NCBI GenBank assembly: GCA_013239625.1
Contig: MU053934.1
Coordinates: 3,862,399-3,926,398 of the forward strand
Direction: 5' to 3'
DNA: 64,000 bases
Origin: Lama guanicoe
Taxonomy: Eukaryota
Positions within the stretch are counted from its first letter, which is position 1, and every line of letters starts with the position of its first letter. Below the pieces are notes generated by a model. It saw only the letters and a program-made list of their open reading frames with translations, searched no databases and had not been told where the DNA came from. Positions 27,744 to 42,400 of the stretch are shown here, one piece after another. A program made the translations under genes and the position numbers.

Positions 27744-29899
27744 TCAAGTCAACAGGATGGATAAACAGATGGTGGAATTCTAAACAGCAACGAAAGTGAA
27801 AGAACCAGTCACAGGCAGCAATAGGGGGACCTCATGGACAGAAGACTCTATATGGTGAATATTCCATTTGTAATTGAAATCAGGCACAGCTAAATCATGC
27901 TGTTCAGGGATGTGTACACACACTGCTGGACAGACCAGAAAGAAGAGCAAGAAAGTGATTACCACCAAATTCAGGATTGCGTAGGGAGGCCGGAAGAGAG
28001 GAGATGTGGATGGGCGTGCTGGGGGCTTGGGGAGCCGGCAGCATGCACATTCTGGGGCTCAACGGGTGTTGGCTTTATAATTATTTATTGGCTTTATAAT
28101 TATTTCTTAGCTTTATGTTCTTTTCTGTTTGTGTGTTATAGATCTCAGTTTTATGACAAAGCAAAAATAAAACATTCTCCAGAGAGATCTCAAGAGAAAT
28201 TCTAAGCAAGAATGAGACAAAACCTTTATGCATTCAACAACATCTTACTATACACAGCACTATGAGCTGTAACAAAACATGATAGATGCACAAAATACAC
28301 TGTGAATGTCTTGGGAAGTGGGGCCAGCTGGTTCTGAATTGGGACGTGGTTTGACATCCCCCACAAAGACACAAAATTTGCAACAGCAACATGGCACAGT
28401 AGAAGTATGCTATAAATGCTATAAATACAGCATGACGTTGTAATTGGTCTCCCGGTCACAGGACTTCTGCTGGGTCAGCAAAATGAAGGCTGCTGCCTAC
28501 AGGGAAGCACACAGATGTGCCGGAGTGAGCGGGAGGAGGAGGAGCACAGCAGGGGATGCTGTGCAGGAAAGATGCAGGAGGAAGATCGGGGCCTAGAGCA
28601 GGGGGACAAGAGAGGCATACAGCATGGGAGTCAGGCCAAGGGGAGGGTCAAAGCAGGTCAGGGGATAAGATCAAGGGAGAGGCACCAGCAGCCCTGCAGC
28701 CAGAGGGCTCATCTCATCTGACCCTGACATCCCTGTGCGGCTGAAAGGCCTGGCTCCACTCAAGGGCTTACAGCCAGTCGCTTGGTCCCCACCCACCCAT
28801 CACACTTCCCACCCAGCAACACTAGATGCCCCCTCTCCCTCTGCAGAACCTTGTGCCTTCCGTGCCTCTGCCCTCACCGACCCCACGCGTGGGCACCCTG
28901 CCCTCTACACTCCTAATACCATCAACCCATTGGACACACCCACCCTGAGAAGTCCCTGGCCACCACCATGGAGGCCAGTGCCTCCTCACCCACAAAACCT
29001 GCTGATCTGCAGACGCCGTGCAGTCCTTCCTCCCTTCGAGTGTGATCACCGACTGGTGTCACAGGACTATGGCCCCTGAGGGGAGCCTGCTTCTCCCAGG
29101 AGCACGGGCCCGGCACTGGGCATGTACTAAGCACACCACAAACACCTGATTGCCTGGAACTGGAGCTCATAAGATCCTGGCAATACATTTGTAGGTAAAA
29201 GCTGGCCTTCAGCACCTTGGAAAGGAATATATTTGAGGGCTGGACGCCACTCAGTCACTCTGATCTATTGAGAGCTCATATCTGGGGCTGGGAACAGGGG
29301 CGGCAGAGAGCAGCCTGTGTAAACATGACCCACAGCACCTACCACACTGTATTGCAGGCATCCCCTTCCAGACACACAGCAGAGAGTGTGCAATGTGGCT
29401 CTGCTGTGATACTGAGCCAGAGATAATGTGGCATGTGATGAGAGCATGGTGACGGGACAGGGGAGGCCGCCAAGGAGGAGGTGGCTCTCTGTGGCTGTTT
29501 CCTCATCTGTTAAATGGGGACAGCAGGAGCACCTACCTGGTTAGGGCGGCGTGGGCTTTCTGTGAGTATGCAAAGTGCTCAGAAGAGTGGCCAGTGCTGG
29601 GCCCTGCTCTCAGTGCTGGCTGTCATGGCCACTACTGTTTATCTGCCTGCCTTCCTTAGGGGCCTGCTGTCCCCTGATGGGGCTGAGGATTCTGTGTGCT
29701 GCCCGCCTGGCATGGCAGCAGCTCAGGATGTAATCTCCACTGACTGGGCTCCAGATCACTCTCCACTGACAACTTTGGGGCATCTGAAGGTGGAGGATGG
29801 GGGGGGGGAATCAAGCCAAATCTGATGTCAGCCTGCTAATTAATAACCTTTGTCCAAACCAGCCAAGTAGAGTGGCTGTGTCCATTCCAACCTGGGCAG

Positions 29900-30400
29900 A
29901 GCTACAGTGTGGTCGATGGTATTTTCCAAAGGCAGCCACATCCCGTGATGAGGCACTCCTCTGCTGACATGGGGTCTTTGTCCCTCTTCATGCATCTGGG
30001 GGAACTGGGGTGACCATAGCGGAAGTGACATCTGATGTAACATCTGATGCTGGGGTTAGAAAAAGCCTCTTTTCTCTGGCTTCTCTCTTGAGATGCTTTC
30101 CTGTCCGTGGACCCAGCCACTAAGCCACGAGGAAGGCCAAGCTAGCCCACATGGAGAAGGTGTGGGAGGAACCGAGGCCCCCAGCTGACACCAGCATCAA
30201 CTGCCCGACATGTGAGTAACCCAGACTTCAGGTGACCCCCTCCCCCAGCCTTCAGGCTCTCCATCTGAGGCCCAGGTATCATGAAGCAGGGCCAAACCAT
30301 CCCCAGCATGCCCGGCCCCAGCTCCTGACCTGCACTATCCATGAACAAATAAAACTAGTCTGTTTTGGGGTAGTTATGTACACAGCCACAGTAAGTGGGA
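29900..30400 (+). mobile_element. MaLR LTR fragment (MLT1-type)
   Basis: aggccaagctagcccacatggag...gccaaaccatccccagc...ttttggggtagttatgtacacagc motifs; boundaries approximate. Confidence 0.65.
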
Positions 30401-30712
30401 TGCACATAAAACCACTTCTGGAGTTCCCAGGACGTGCCACAATCTCTCACACCTCCCCTTGGTAGCACATTCTGGTCTTTGCTAAGTCCCAGTGGCAGAA
30501 CCAGCTGAGATGCCACCTCCTCCATGGTAGCCCCCTCTGCCCTGTCACCACACTCACATCACCTACCACAGTATCTCTGCTGATCCGTCTGATCCTTCCA
30601 GTACAAGAGGCAGTGGCAGCATAAAGCAGTAGGAAAGCCGTGGATTCCGAAGCCAGACTGCCCGGGTGTGGACAGTGGTTCCACCACCGGGAGCCGTGTG
30701 GTCTCAGGCAAG

Positions 30713-31834
30713 TTGTTTTGTTTTTTTTTCAACTTCACATATACAGTTTTTTTTAAGTCTTTCCATTATTGTTTATTACAAGACATTGAATACAGTTCCC
30801 TGTGCTATACACATGCAAAACACATTGTTGTTCATCTATTTTATACACAGTAGCTTGCATCTGCCAATCCCAATCTCCTAATTTATCCCTCTGCCACCCC
30901 ACTTTCCCCTTTGGTAACCATAAGTTTGTTTTCTATGTCTGTGAGTCTGTTTCTATTGTGTAAATAAGTTCATTTGTATCACCTTTTAGATTCCACATTT
31001 AAGTGATATCATACGATATTTGTCTTTCTCTGTCTGACTTACTTCTGACTTAGTATGATCATCTCTAGGTCCATCCATGTTGCTGAAAATGGCATTATTT
31101 CATTCTTTTTTATGGCCGAGTAATATTTCATTGTGTATAAAGCCCGTATCTTCTTTCTCCATTCATCTGTTGATGACATTTAGGTTGCTTCCATGTCCTG
31201 GTTATTGTAAATACTGCTACCATGAACAGTGGGATGCATGCATCTTTTCGAATTAGAGTTTTCTCTGGATAAGCCCAGGAGTGGGACTGCTGGATCCTAT
31301 GGTAAGTCTAATTTTAGTTTTTTAAGGAATTTCCATACTGTTTTCCATAGTGGCTGCATCAGTTTACATTCCCTTTTCTCCACACCCTCTCCAGCATGTA
31401 TCATTTGTGGACTTTGTAATGATGGCCATTCTGACTGGTGTGAGGTGATGCCTCACTGTAGTTTTGATTTGCATTTCTCTAATAAACAGCAAAGTTGAGC
31501 ATCTTTTCATGTGCTTATTGGCCATCACTATGTCTTCTTTAGAGAAATGTCTATTTAGATCTTCTGCCCATTTTTTGATTGAGTCATTTGATTTTTGTTA
31601 TTGAACCATATGAGCTGTTTGTGTATTTTGGAAATTAAGCACTTGTAGGTCACATCATTCGCAAATGGTTTCTCCCAGTCTGTACGTTGACTTTTTTTGT
31701 TAATGGCTTCCTTTGCTGTGCAAAAGCTTATAAATTTGATTAGGTCCCATTTGCATATTTTTGCTTTTATTTTTATTGCTTTGGAAGAGAGACCTAAGAA
31801 AACACTGCTACAACTTATGTCAGAGAATGTTTTG
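30713..31834 (-). mobile_element. 5'-truncated L1 inserted into a MIR
   Basis: T-rich tail at ~30713-30755, then reverse-strand L1 3'UTR and ORF2 end (translation includes KAKICKWDLIKFISFCTAKE). TSD tcaggcaag at 30704-30712 and 31835-31843. Confidence 0.88.
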
Positions 31835-33529
31835 TCAGGCAAGCTTCTTAAGCGCTCTGTGTCTCGGTCTTCTCCTCTCCAAGCCGGGGATAACCACAGC
31901 TCCTTCCTGGCGGGGCTGCTTTGAGGACAGGGGTCAGGGTGGGAGTGTGACGCCTTATCTGTAAGGCTGTGTTCACACTGAACAGTCCATAGTGTTACCT
32001 ATTGTTTTGTCAAGACTGTAAAGACTTTGCAGGCAGGAACTGAGACCCACCCCCCACAACTACCAGAGGGCCGGGCCCCTCCACAATCAACAGGAAGGAA
32101 GGAACAAACAGACAGACACGGGCCAGAGCTCCAGGTCTGAGGCTCAGAGAAGCAGGGCAAATGGGTGTGGACCATACTCAGTCCTGAGCTCAAGAAGCTC
32201 ACCTTCTCAAAGGCTGAGAAGCTGCACCTTCCCCAAGGTGACCAGACTTCTGGTTGCCAAAGACAAAACCCTCCAGAAAAGCCACAAGGGTCCAAGAATC
32301 ATCAGCCCCTCTGTCCAGAACCACCAAGCTAGGCTGGCCAGCAATCCACTCCGGGGAAGCATTTGATGCCTGAGCTCACATCTTTTCCTGTGTCGCAACC
32401 TACGTCAGCACACTCCCGGACTACGTGGTTGAGTGGTCTGTCCATGTCCAGCTCTGCATTCAACTGGTCAGAATCATCAGATTTCATCCATCTCTCTCAG
32501 TTCAGGATTCCTGACCTTTTAACAGTGCTCTGGGGCCAGCCAGTCTGTAAAATACCAATTTGCTGATGGTTTCCGTTAAAGATACATTAGTGAGTCAATA
32601 ATGATTCTCAGAGAAGCGAGACAAGACAATCTCCTTGAGATGACTCAACCAGCCCACACCAAGACCCACTGGCCATCTGGACAAATCCATGCCCTTCTTA
32701 GGAAATGACAGAGCCATGTAAAGCACCACCCCACACCCTGGCAAGAGTGTTTAAAACAGACAACTCAACACACACCCCAGGAACACACACAGAGACATCA
32801 GAAGAGCAATAAAGGTTAGGAGTGGGGTTCTCAGGCAGCAGCCTTGTCACCTGGCCACCCTTCTGACCACAGCTCCAGTTCTGGTCCCTTGGAGAGGCCG
32901 CAGACACACAGGTGACCAAGGGACCCACAGGGAGCACCCAGAATGAGGAAAGATGCTCTCTCCCTCCCCCTCCCCACCCTGAAATGAGAAAGAATGGGGA
33001 GAAAGGTACAAGGAGATGGCACCAGAGGCAGCAGACAAGGGATGTTGACAAATGCTCTGGAAGATGCGCAGTGACCACTGAGCCCGGGGAGGGGAGGGAG
33101 CCAGTGAGAAGCCCAGGAACCTGCAGCGCTGGGTGCACCAGGCCGTTCTAGTGGCTGGGGGCGAGGGTGCAAATGGGAAAACTGGCTCCACATGGAGCTC
33201 TTGGGTTTTTACTTTCAGGACAGGTTGAGATGGTTCTGTCCTCAAAAAACTTGGCCCAGCTGAGGGCAGCAATGAGGAGACTTGCAGAAAACACAGAGAT
33301 GAAGTCTGAATAGGAAGGGGAGATGTCCAGGGCCCCTCCCCACCCCGCACACATAACTCAGCCCCTCAGCTCCTACCTCCCAGGCCGGAGATGCGAACAT
33401 TATTCTCTGAGGAAACAGGCCCAGAATCAGAGCCTGCCCCACCACCGCATGAAAAGGGCAGAGGAAACGCCCCCTGTCCTATCACCCAACTGGGAGGAGG
33501 CTCGGGAGCTTTAATCCCCATTCTTAAAG

Positions 33530-35100
33530 ATAAAAAATAGCCAAGGACACCAAACATTTGAGGAGAGCTTCTAACCCAAAGGTTAAAGAGCAAAAGCAAA
33601 CAAACAGATAGAAGGAACTCAGGAAACAGAGATAATGCAGGGAACAGACGAAAGCTGCAATCAGCATCCCCAGGGAGAGAAGAACCAACACGGAGAACAA
33701 GGGGCTAGGGAAAACGGGCGGGGATGGGCTCCTGACACCCTACAGCATGATAAGGGAAATAAAGCCCTCAACAGAAAAGCTCAAAGGTAAACGGTTTTTA
33801 AATAGGAAAAAAAAATTAAAGTTCCTAGAAAGCAGAACAAAAAAGAGCTGGAAAACTGAAGAAAATCTGAAGCTCAATCCCGAAGTGCAGCATCCTACTA
33901 ACAGGAGTTCCAGAAAGGGATAACAAACCGGAGCTGGAGACACTATCCAAGAGACAGACAAGAAAGTTTCCCAGACCTTAGGGCAGAAGTTGCTTCCATA
34001 CTGAAAAAGCCCACCAGGTGCCCTGCACGACGAACACCCCACCTCTTGTGAGGTGTCAGAACACCGCGGAAAAAGGCAAGATCCTAAAAGCTGGGGGGGA
34101 GAAAAAAGGTCACATACAGGCATTAAGATCAGAATCCAGCAGACTTTCCAAAAAAACATTGGAAGCTAAGAGATAGTGAAAACCGGGCCTTCAAAATTCA
34201 GAAGAATGATTTCCAATTTAGAACTACATTCCCATTGAATACCAACCAGGTAGAACAATATAGTAAAAGATGTTTGTGATAACTTTCAGACTTCCAAAAA
34301 AGAGAACTCTCAGGCACCATTTTTCCTCAGGAAGCTTCTAGAAGATGTTTGCTAACCAAAAGGAGAGAGCAAATGGCCAAGGTGGAAAAAAATGGCATCC
34401 AGGGAACAGGTGATTCAGGACAGAAGAGGCAACAGGGTTCCTAGGATGGCAGTGAAGGGAAGATCCAGGACAACAGCTGGGCATTAAGGGGCCTGGAGGG
34501 CAACTGGGCAAGAGCAAGAAGGGCGGGGCTCCAGGAGGACGGCCCCCTTTAAAACCCAAAGCCAGCAGGTGCCCTGGGTGGAGGGTTTCTTTTTTCTATT
34601 CAGATTGAAGCATTGGGAAATAAATTAATGATAGATACACAAAACACAGAGCAAACCAAAAAGCATGACAAGTAGTAACCAGAGGAAAAACAAAGCTGAA
34701 CAAGGAAATGCAGTCTTGGGACACTGTAAGGCCCAGCCTTGAACATTTACACACACGAATGCACACACTGAATGCAGATTTGTAAAAAATTATGACCTAG
34801 TTACTTTAAAAAGATGAAGGAAAGAAAACTGTGTGTGTGTGTAGTTGGGAGGCAACATATCTAAATCAAACCTTCCACAGGAGTCAGCCACTATGTTAAC
34901 ACTACAGAAAATTAAAAACTCAAGAAACAATAGTACAAACATATGTTTAGGTTATTCTAGAAAAAGAAACGAGTTTAAAGAGTTGAAAGTACGTGACCTT
35001 GGGAGTGAGGAGTTGGGGCAGTTTTGTGTTTCAACCGTACGCAGGTGTTACTTTAATAAAAGTAAAATTTTAGTTACTTTTATTAAAAAGCAAATGTCTG
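33530..35100 (+). mobile_element. Degenerate L1/HAL1-like fragments
   Basis: A-rich strand with ORF1-like remnants (aacaggagttccagaaagg, aagatcagaatccagcagactt); heavily decayed. Confidence 0.5.
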
Positions 35101-37473
35101 TGTGATGCCCAGCAGAGAGCCTGGCTCTGAGCTAGCCTGTGCCACGGGCTGGATGGGTCTGAAATAAGAGATCTCCAGCATGGTTGATTCCTGTCCCTTC
35201 CTGGGTCTTGGGACACTGAGGAGGAAGGGTGGGCAGGGGAATGAATGGGGGGCTCTTTTTGAATTTTAAGGGACACACCCCACCAGCAACTCTACAGGGG
35301 TAGCTCTTGCAGGCAGCTGTTAGCACCTGGATGAAAGCACAAACGGAGAGGGTACAAGACAGAGCAGAGGTGCGGGAAAGGGCCAGGCCAGGGCCAAGCC
35401 CACCGACGCAGACCCTGGACGCAGATACTGCGAGCTGGTGAGCTCAAGGGCAGCCTGAACTTCAGAGCAGCTGCTGTGCTGTTTGCAGACTCCCTCGGAG
35501 AGGCCGAGCGGATAATAGCGTTGCTAGGAGATGTGCTTCACAGGGCGGCTGGCTTCCTGCGAGGACCTTTCCAGGGCTGGGAGGAAGGTTGGGACAGGCA
35601 GGGCCTGAACAAAAGGGCTTCTGGAGTAGGGGGAGCCACCAACCATCTGCTGCCGCCGCTGGGGCGCAGGGCAAGGATGGTGCGGAGGCTCCCTGGCTGT
35701 GTCCCCCTTTCTGCCACAAGCCCCAGTCCTCAGGGCCCAGCAGAGAAGAGAGCTGATACATACCCCTCATCATGCAGGAGAGCCCCTCTCCCTTGGCAGA
35801 GAACACCTTTTTGCTTCTGAAGGAACCAGCAGGCAGAGGCTGCTCGTGAGCACCCGTGCACGGCCAGCAGCTGAACGGAAAAGGGTGCTCAGCCCCACCT
35901 TCCCCATCCCCAGCTCCCCAGGTGTCCAAAGGTTTCCCTGGGGACTCTACTGCTTCCAGGAACATCGGGCACTGGAGCCTGTCATGCCCTGAGCAGGTCT
36001 CCACCCGACAGAGCCCAGCAGGGACTCCAGCCTGGGATTTCAAGGAGGCCCCACGTGGGCAAACATAAGGCACGTAGCAGGTGTTTAATAATATTCCTTA
36101 TTCATTCCCAAAATCGGAAGGAGTGAGCACCCATCACGTCTCCGCCCGTTCCTGCTCTCAGGGAGCTGACAGTCCTCACAGGGACGGAGCAAACCAGGCA
36201 CGCACACTGTCTGCACTTAACTGCAAACCGCAAATCATGGTGAGGCCTCGAGGATGCAGACAGGGCGCTGGGAGCAGGAGAGATGGGGAAGGCCCTTCTG
36301 AGGAACCACTGGAGTCAAGATGAAGGAGGAGGAGGAGGAGGCGGCACAGGCGGGAGAGGAGCTCTGCAGGCACCCGGGAAACCCAAGGGCCCAGGTGGGC
36401 AGGAAAGGAGGCTAATGCGGCCATAGGGGCGGGTGGGGCGCACTCTGTAGGCCTGTTAGGTGCCTGCATTTCCTCCCCAAGTCCAAAGGCCTTTCCTGTG
36501 CCCTGCGGGTCCTCAGGGACACACAGGTTCAAAGTGGGACAGGAAGAGAGACTGGATTCTTTGGGTATGAGCATGCTTCACCCCAACATCCACAGAGCCC
36601 AGGGCCACAGGCAAAGCCCTCCCGCATCTGGGAAGCAGACAAGCAGTCATCAGAACTTTCTAGCCACGACATAAGGAAGACCAAACCTGGCACTAGACCC
36701 CAAACCAGCGGTGCAGGTACAGGGAGGAAACAGGAAAACAAAGGACCATCACAGGAGGGTGGGCATCAGAGCAGGGATCTTGAGTTCAAGGGCCCTCCTC
36801 CCCATCCCTGCTGGCCTGTTTGGGTGCGGGCCCAAGCATCACTGGCCTGTGACCTGCCTTGGGGCCTCTGGCCTCTCCCTCCTTCACCCACCCACCACCT
36901 GCAGATTTTCTAACCTGCAATTTCTAATTGAGTCCTACTTTTGTGTATTACCAGTAAAAAGGAAAATCTAAGTGTCTCCATGTGTCCTGCAAGGCTGGGT
37001 ATGACCCCATTCTTGCCTGCTGGTGCAACCCCCTCCAGCCGCTGGCCCCTCCTCCAGCCACGGCCGGCCCCCTGCACAGCTCCCAGCACATCCCAGCCAG
37101 GCACGCTGGGACTCCTCCCTGCCCAGAAGGAATGCTCATCTGCAGCACCTCCTGACAGACACCGACTCCTTCTCTAAGTCCCAGCTCCCCGCCCTTCCCA
37201 GGCCAGGGCCACTAAGTGAGAGAGCGTCCCCAGCTCTCGGAACTGAGAAATAAGACCCAGGTGAGGGTCCCTGCTCCCAGGTATCTGTGGGGGTGTTCGG
37301 GGCCACACCACAAATCGCATCAGCAGGCGAAGCTCTGGCTACACATGTGCTGGTAGCTGGGGAGACACCCTGAAGGGAGTAAAGAAGTGATGGGCGGCCC
37401 CTGAGGGAGGAAGCCGGGAAGAGGGGTTTCCGGCTTCCGGACCAGGGGGTGTGCAGCCCCCAGCCCAGCTTCA

Positions 37474-37698
<225 letters not shown>

Positions 37699-38809
37699 TC
37701 AGCCAGAGAGCCCAGCCCTCGCCTGAGCCCGCCTCTGCCCTTCTGCTCCAAAGGAGGAACCCAGCCCAGGGGTCAGGGACAAGCTCTGTAGAGCCCTGCC
37801 CTCACTTGCTAGGTGACCCTGAGCTTCAACATCCTTCTCTAAAGTGCGATGACACAACTTCTGCGGTGAGGGTGTCGTGAGCATCAAATCAAGGGGTGCA
37901 TGAAGCCTGGAGGCTGAGTGTGGCAGTGCAAAGACCACGCCCAAGACTGCAAAAAAGTCAGAGACGTGCAGGGATCCACAGCTATAACAAGCTCCCTGGG
38001 GACCCCATACACAGCCAGGGCTGGGCACCTCGGGTGCGTGGTGCAAAGGAGGCTATGAACAAGCATGTGCGTGTCCCTCCACCCACCAGGCCTTTCTAAA
38101 TACCTGGCCCCTGGAGCGTGGAGCTAAAACACAGGTGTCCAGGTGGTCGCCCATCCCACCCCATCCCTTAACTAACTTATGGTGTGGAGGACGGAACAGA
38201 CGGGACCCTCGCTTCCACGGGAGGTGGAAGCACTTCCTGGCTGAGTGGCTGCAGTGATGTCCTCATCCTGTGTCTCATTTTCCCATCTGTTGAACAGAGG
38301 CAGCACTGCCTGCCTCTCTGGGAAGTTGGGAAAATGAAATGCGGTTTTTAGAAAGCCAGGGAAAAAATTAAAAGCTACACACAAATGCCAAGAACTGCTC
38401 TAGCCACGATGCACAGTCCCAGCAGCCAGAGTCTCTCGTCCCGGCTCCCATGACTTCATGCTTGGCCCAGCGGAGCCCTGGGCTCGGGCGGAAGAGAACA
38501 AAGTCCTCCCCATCTGCTGTGAGCCAACCGCCCTGGAAGTAGTAGGGTTCTAGAAGGGACGGGGAACACTGGGACTGCAGCAGGCTCAGCATTCCCTCTT
38601 CGCTGGGCAACCTTCAAAGTTTCTCCTTCGGGCAGCCAAGCACGTCCCAGCCCACAGCAGCCTCCCCAGGGACGGCTAGCACAGGGGGACGGGAGACTTG
38701 ACTTCTATCCCAGCTCTGTCCCCAGCTCATACGCAACTAGGCTAGTTCCCCCACCCTCCTCCCTCTCTGGGTCTCTATTTCCTCATCTGCAAAGGGGTCA
38801 CTGACGTCC

Positions 38810-39118
38810 TGTGTTCCCTCACAGCTCCCAGACTCCCCTGCAGCTTAGGCAGGACATGTGACCAGTTCTAGCCCATGGAAGGTGAGCAGGAGGGACAAGG
38901 GCCATTTCTGGTTGAGGAGGTGAAATACCCAGAGTTTCTTCCACACACACCCCCTCCTTGCAGTTGTCAGACGGATGATGCCATGAAGCTCAAGATACTG
39001 GAGCCACAAACGGAACCTGACTTGCATGGGGCTGGGCTGAGCAAGAAACTGGGTGAAGCCCCTGAGGTTTTGGGCTTATTTATTATTGCAGCTTAGCCTG
39101 CCCTGGCCCAACTAATAC
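38810..39118 (+). mobile_element. Degenerate MaLR LTR (MLT1J/K-like)
   Basis: catgtgaccagttctagcccatgg...gaggttttgggcttatttattattgcagc...ctaatac. Confidence 0.5.
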
Positions 39119-39175
39119 TTTGTTGGAAGACAAACTTCTCAGGACTCCCCCTAGAGGGCTGGGGTCGCTGGCTCA

Positions 39176-39448
<273 letters not shown>

Positions 39449-42400
39449 CTAGAGAGAGGGAACCGCAGTGTTAGCCTACTCCCAGCGTCAGTGGTGGCAT
39501 CATTGGAAAGAACCTTCCAGGTCTCTACATGCACCTTCAAAATGTGACCAGGCCCTGACCACATCTCACTCCAGCCCCCAACATGTCTCCCCTGGATTAA
39601 CGACACAAGCTCCTGATCAATCTCTCTGCTTCTGCCCTTGCTCCTGCTGTCCACACACAGCAGCTGTGTGAAACTTACTAAGACATTAGCCATTTGGGCC
39701 CCTCCTTTGCTCAAACCCTCCAACAGCCCCCAGCTCCATCGGGGTATAAGCTGCTGTCCTTACAGAGGCCCACGAGACTGCTGGATGGGCCCTCCATGGC
39801 TCTTTGATCTCAAGTCCCACTTCCATTCTCCACTCCAGTCACACTAGCTCCTTGAACATGCCAATCCTGCTCATGCCACGGGGCCTTTGCACTGGCTGTC
39901 TCTGCCCAGCTACACAGCTAGCTCCCACACTTCCTTAAGATCTCTGCCCTGACCACCTGCTCAAATGTGGCAAACCCTCCCTCACCCCAGGCGCTCCTGA
40001 TCTCTTTGGTTTGCTTTATTCCCATCCAGAATACTCATTAACCACCTGACTCCATCTGACAAACCATACATTACTCATGTGTTAACTCTGCCTCCTGCAC
40101 CAGACACAAGCTCCCTGAGGGCAGGGGCTCCGTTCTGCTGTGACTGGATCTCCTGCAGGCACACAGTAGGTGTTCGGTAAATACCCACCAGCTCCACGCA
40201 TCTTTATACCTCCTGGTCTAGCAAGATCATTTTAGCACTGAGGCAGCTCTTCTAGGGAGGTGTGTCTTGTCTTTGCCGTTTCTCCCTCGTTTCCCTGACG
40301 GCTGACAGCCATTCCTCACCATCCAGCTGTGCTATTTTGGAGACTTAGTGGCCCTTCCCACCTTCAAACTGCTCACCTTTTAATTTAGCTCATGCGTAAC
40401 TCTTCCTAAAAGCCTGCCTTGTGCACTTTCTGCAATCAGGTACTTGCATCCATTTTGCCCGCTTCTATTGTTCTACATAAAGCGCGGCTCTGTCATTTGG
40501 TCCTGTTTATCCTCCTAAGAACGCCCACTCTTTGAGGCAAGACCATAGTTCCACCTTTAAACCCCAGCACCAAGCTCAGCACCAAGGCCAATTTATAACA
40601 TTTACTTTATTATCCACTGCTCTTCACCCTTTATTTCAAAAGGAAGTTGAGGTACTTCAGAGAGGAGCAAAGTACAGAGTTGAGGAAGTCGGCATAAAGG
40701 AAGATTCCAGGTGGGAAAGTAAAGATGGGAGTGGGCGGACACAGGACAGCACTCCAGGGTTCGCACAGTTACCCCAGGTGGGCTGTCACATCGGCCCCAC
40801 ACTTCCTGGTGGCAACTTCAGTCCCTGGGGTAACAAAGTAATGGTTTCACGCTAGAAGGTAACCCAGATGTTTCAAGGACGAGCTGTTGTTAGGGTTCTC
40901 CGGGCAAGCTTACAAACAGGGACCAATGCCAGGCCGGGGGCTGGAACCACCTTCAAAGAGCAAAGCCATTCCATCAGGACCACCTAGAATTGCTCCTCAG
41001 AGGGCTGGCCACTCCTGCATCCATGGGCTTCCAGGACCCATGTCCTGTCAGAAGTCCCTTTCAGTGCTGCCACCTGTTGACAGGTTGGGCAATGCCACCC
41101 TAGGGTGATGGAGTCTCCCTGCAGCAAAGACCCTGGAAGAGTACCATGCAATGGACTAGGAGAACATCCAACCACTGATGCAAACAGATGCAGAGCCAAG
41201 AGCGGAAAGAACCCTGGCCAGAGGTTGAGCCTCAGCTTCACCCCGACCAGCCATGTGCCTGCACAAGTTCCCCGGGCCCCAGAGGGTCTCCACTGCCTGA
41301 CCCAGAAAATGGCCAAACCGCCAAACCCAGCCATCTCAGCCTGAACCCTGATGACCTCTCCCGGTCCCTCCCAAGTCTGAGCTGATATTCTCAACCACAT
41401 TATGACACCAGCGGGAGGTTTCCCTGGGCCTTCCCTGGGTGCATCCGGCCCGACCCCGTGATGAAGAAGAGGCTCTTCGCCCACTCTCTCCCCAGCCCCG
41501 GCCCCTTTCCAGCGCCTCCAGCACCTTCTGCCCCCTAAGCCATGTCTGCTCTTAGCTTTAAGTTTTTACCCTTTACATTTCTGTTTTCCTATGAAAAATA
41601 AATGATCTCTAACACACTGATCAAGAGAAGAATCTAGATTAACAACTCAAACTAGAGAAAGCATCTATATAAAGAAATTCCAAACTGGAGAAGGTGTCTA
41701 TATAAAGACTGGTGGCGCTTTGAAAAAGAGACACAGTGACAAGTCTAAGAATAGTTCCTGTAAGTATGGTTGCAAAATTGAAAACCAGTGCCAGAAATAT
41801 TTCCTAAAAAAGAAGGTTTGAGTTGTAAATCATCATCTTTGTCTATCATCCCAAATTAAATGAATAAACATGGGGAAATTGGGGGGGGCTACAGGAAGTA
41901 CAAACACTCCTCGATCTTGTCCTTCTGCACAAGGGCTGGGTGCGTCTAAGGCTGTTTTGCTCTCGACTAACCGCAGTGTTGAGAGGGCCCTGTGCAGACT
42001 CCCCAGGTGGGGCGATGGCTGAGCTCTGACCCTGCCTGCCACCCCACCCTCCAGAGGGGAAACCTGCGTGGGCATCTGTTCAGAAGGGAAAGCTGGTGAA
42101 GGCTCCGCCCTGTTTCTTGCTGGGGCTTTGCTTCCTCACACTCAAGTGCCTTCTTTAAGTAGGTCATCTGTTCCCAAGAAGTCTACTCAGAGACGGTGGG
42201 TGATGCCCCCGAATTACACCCAGGACTTAAACCCAGGTCCTAGAGCACACCTTAGGTGCCTAATATCTACCAAGCGGGCCATGGATGCACCCTCCTCGGG
42301 GTTGCAGCCATCCCCCCAGAGCCCTGAGTCTTCCTGCAGGAAGGGGAGGGAGGTACTTCCCAGGAGGGGAAGCCACAACCTCGGTAAGACTTCTGCAGCC

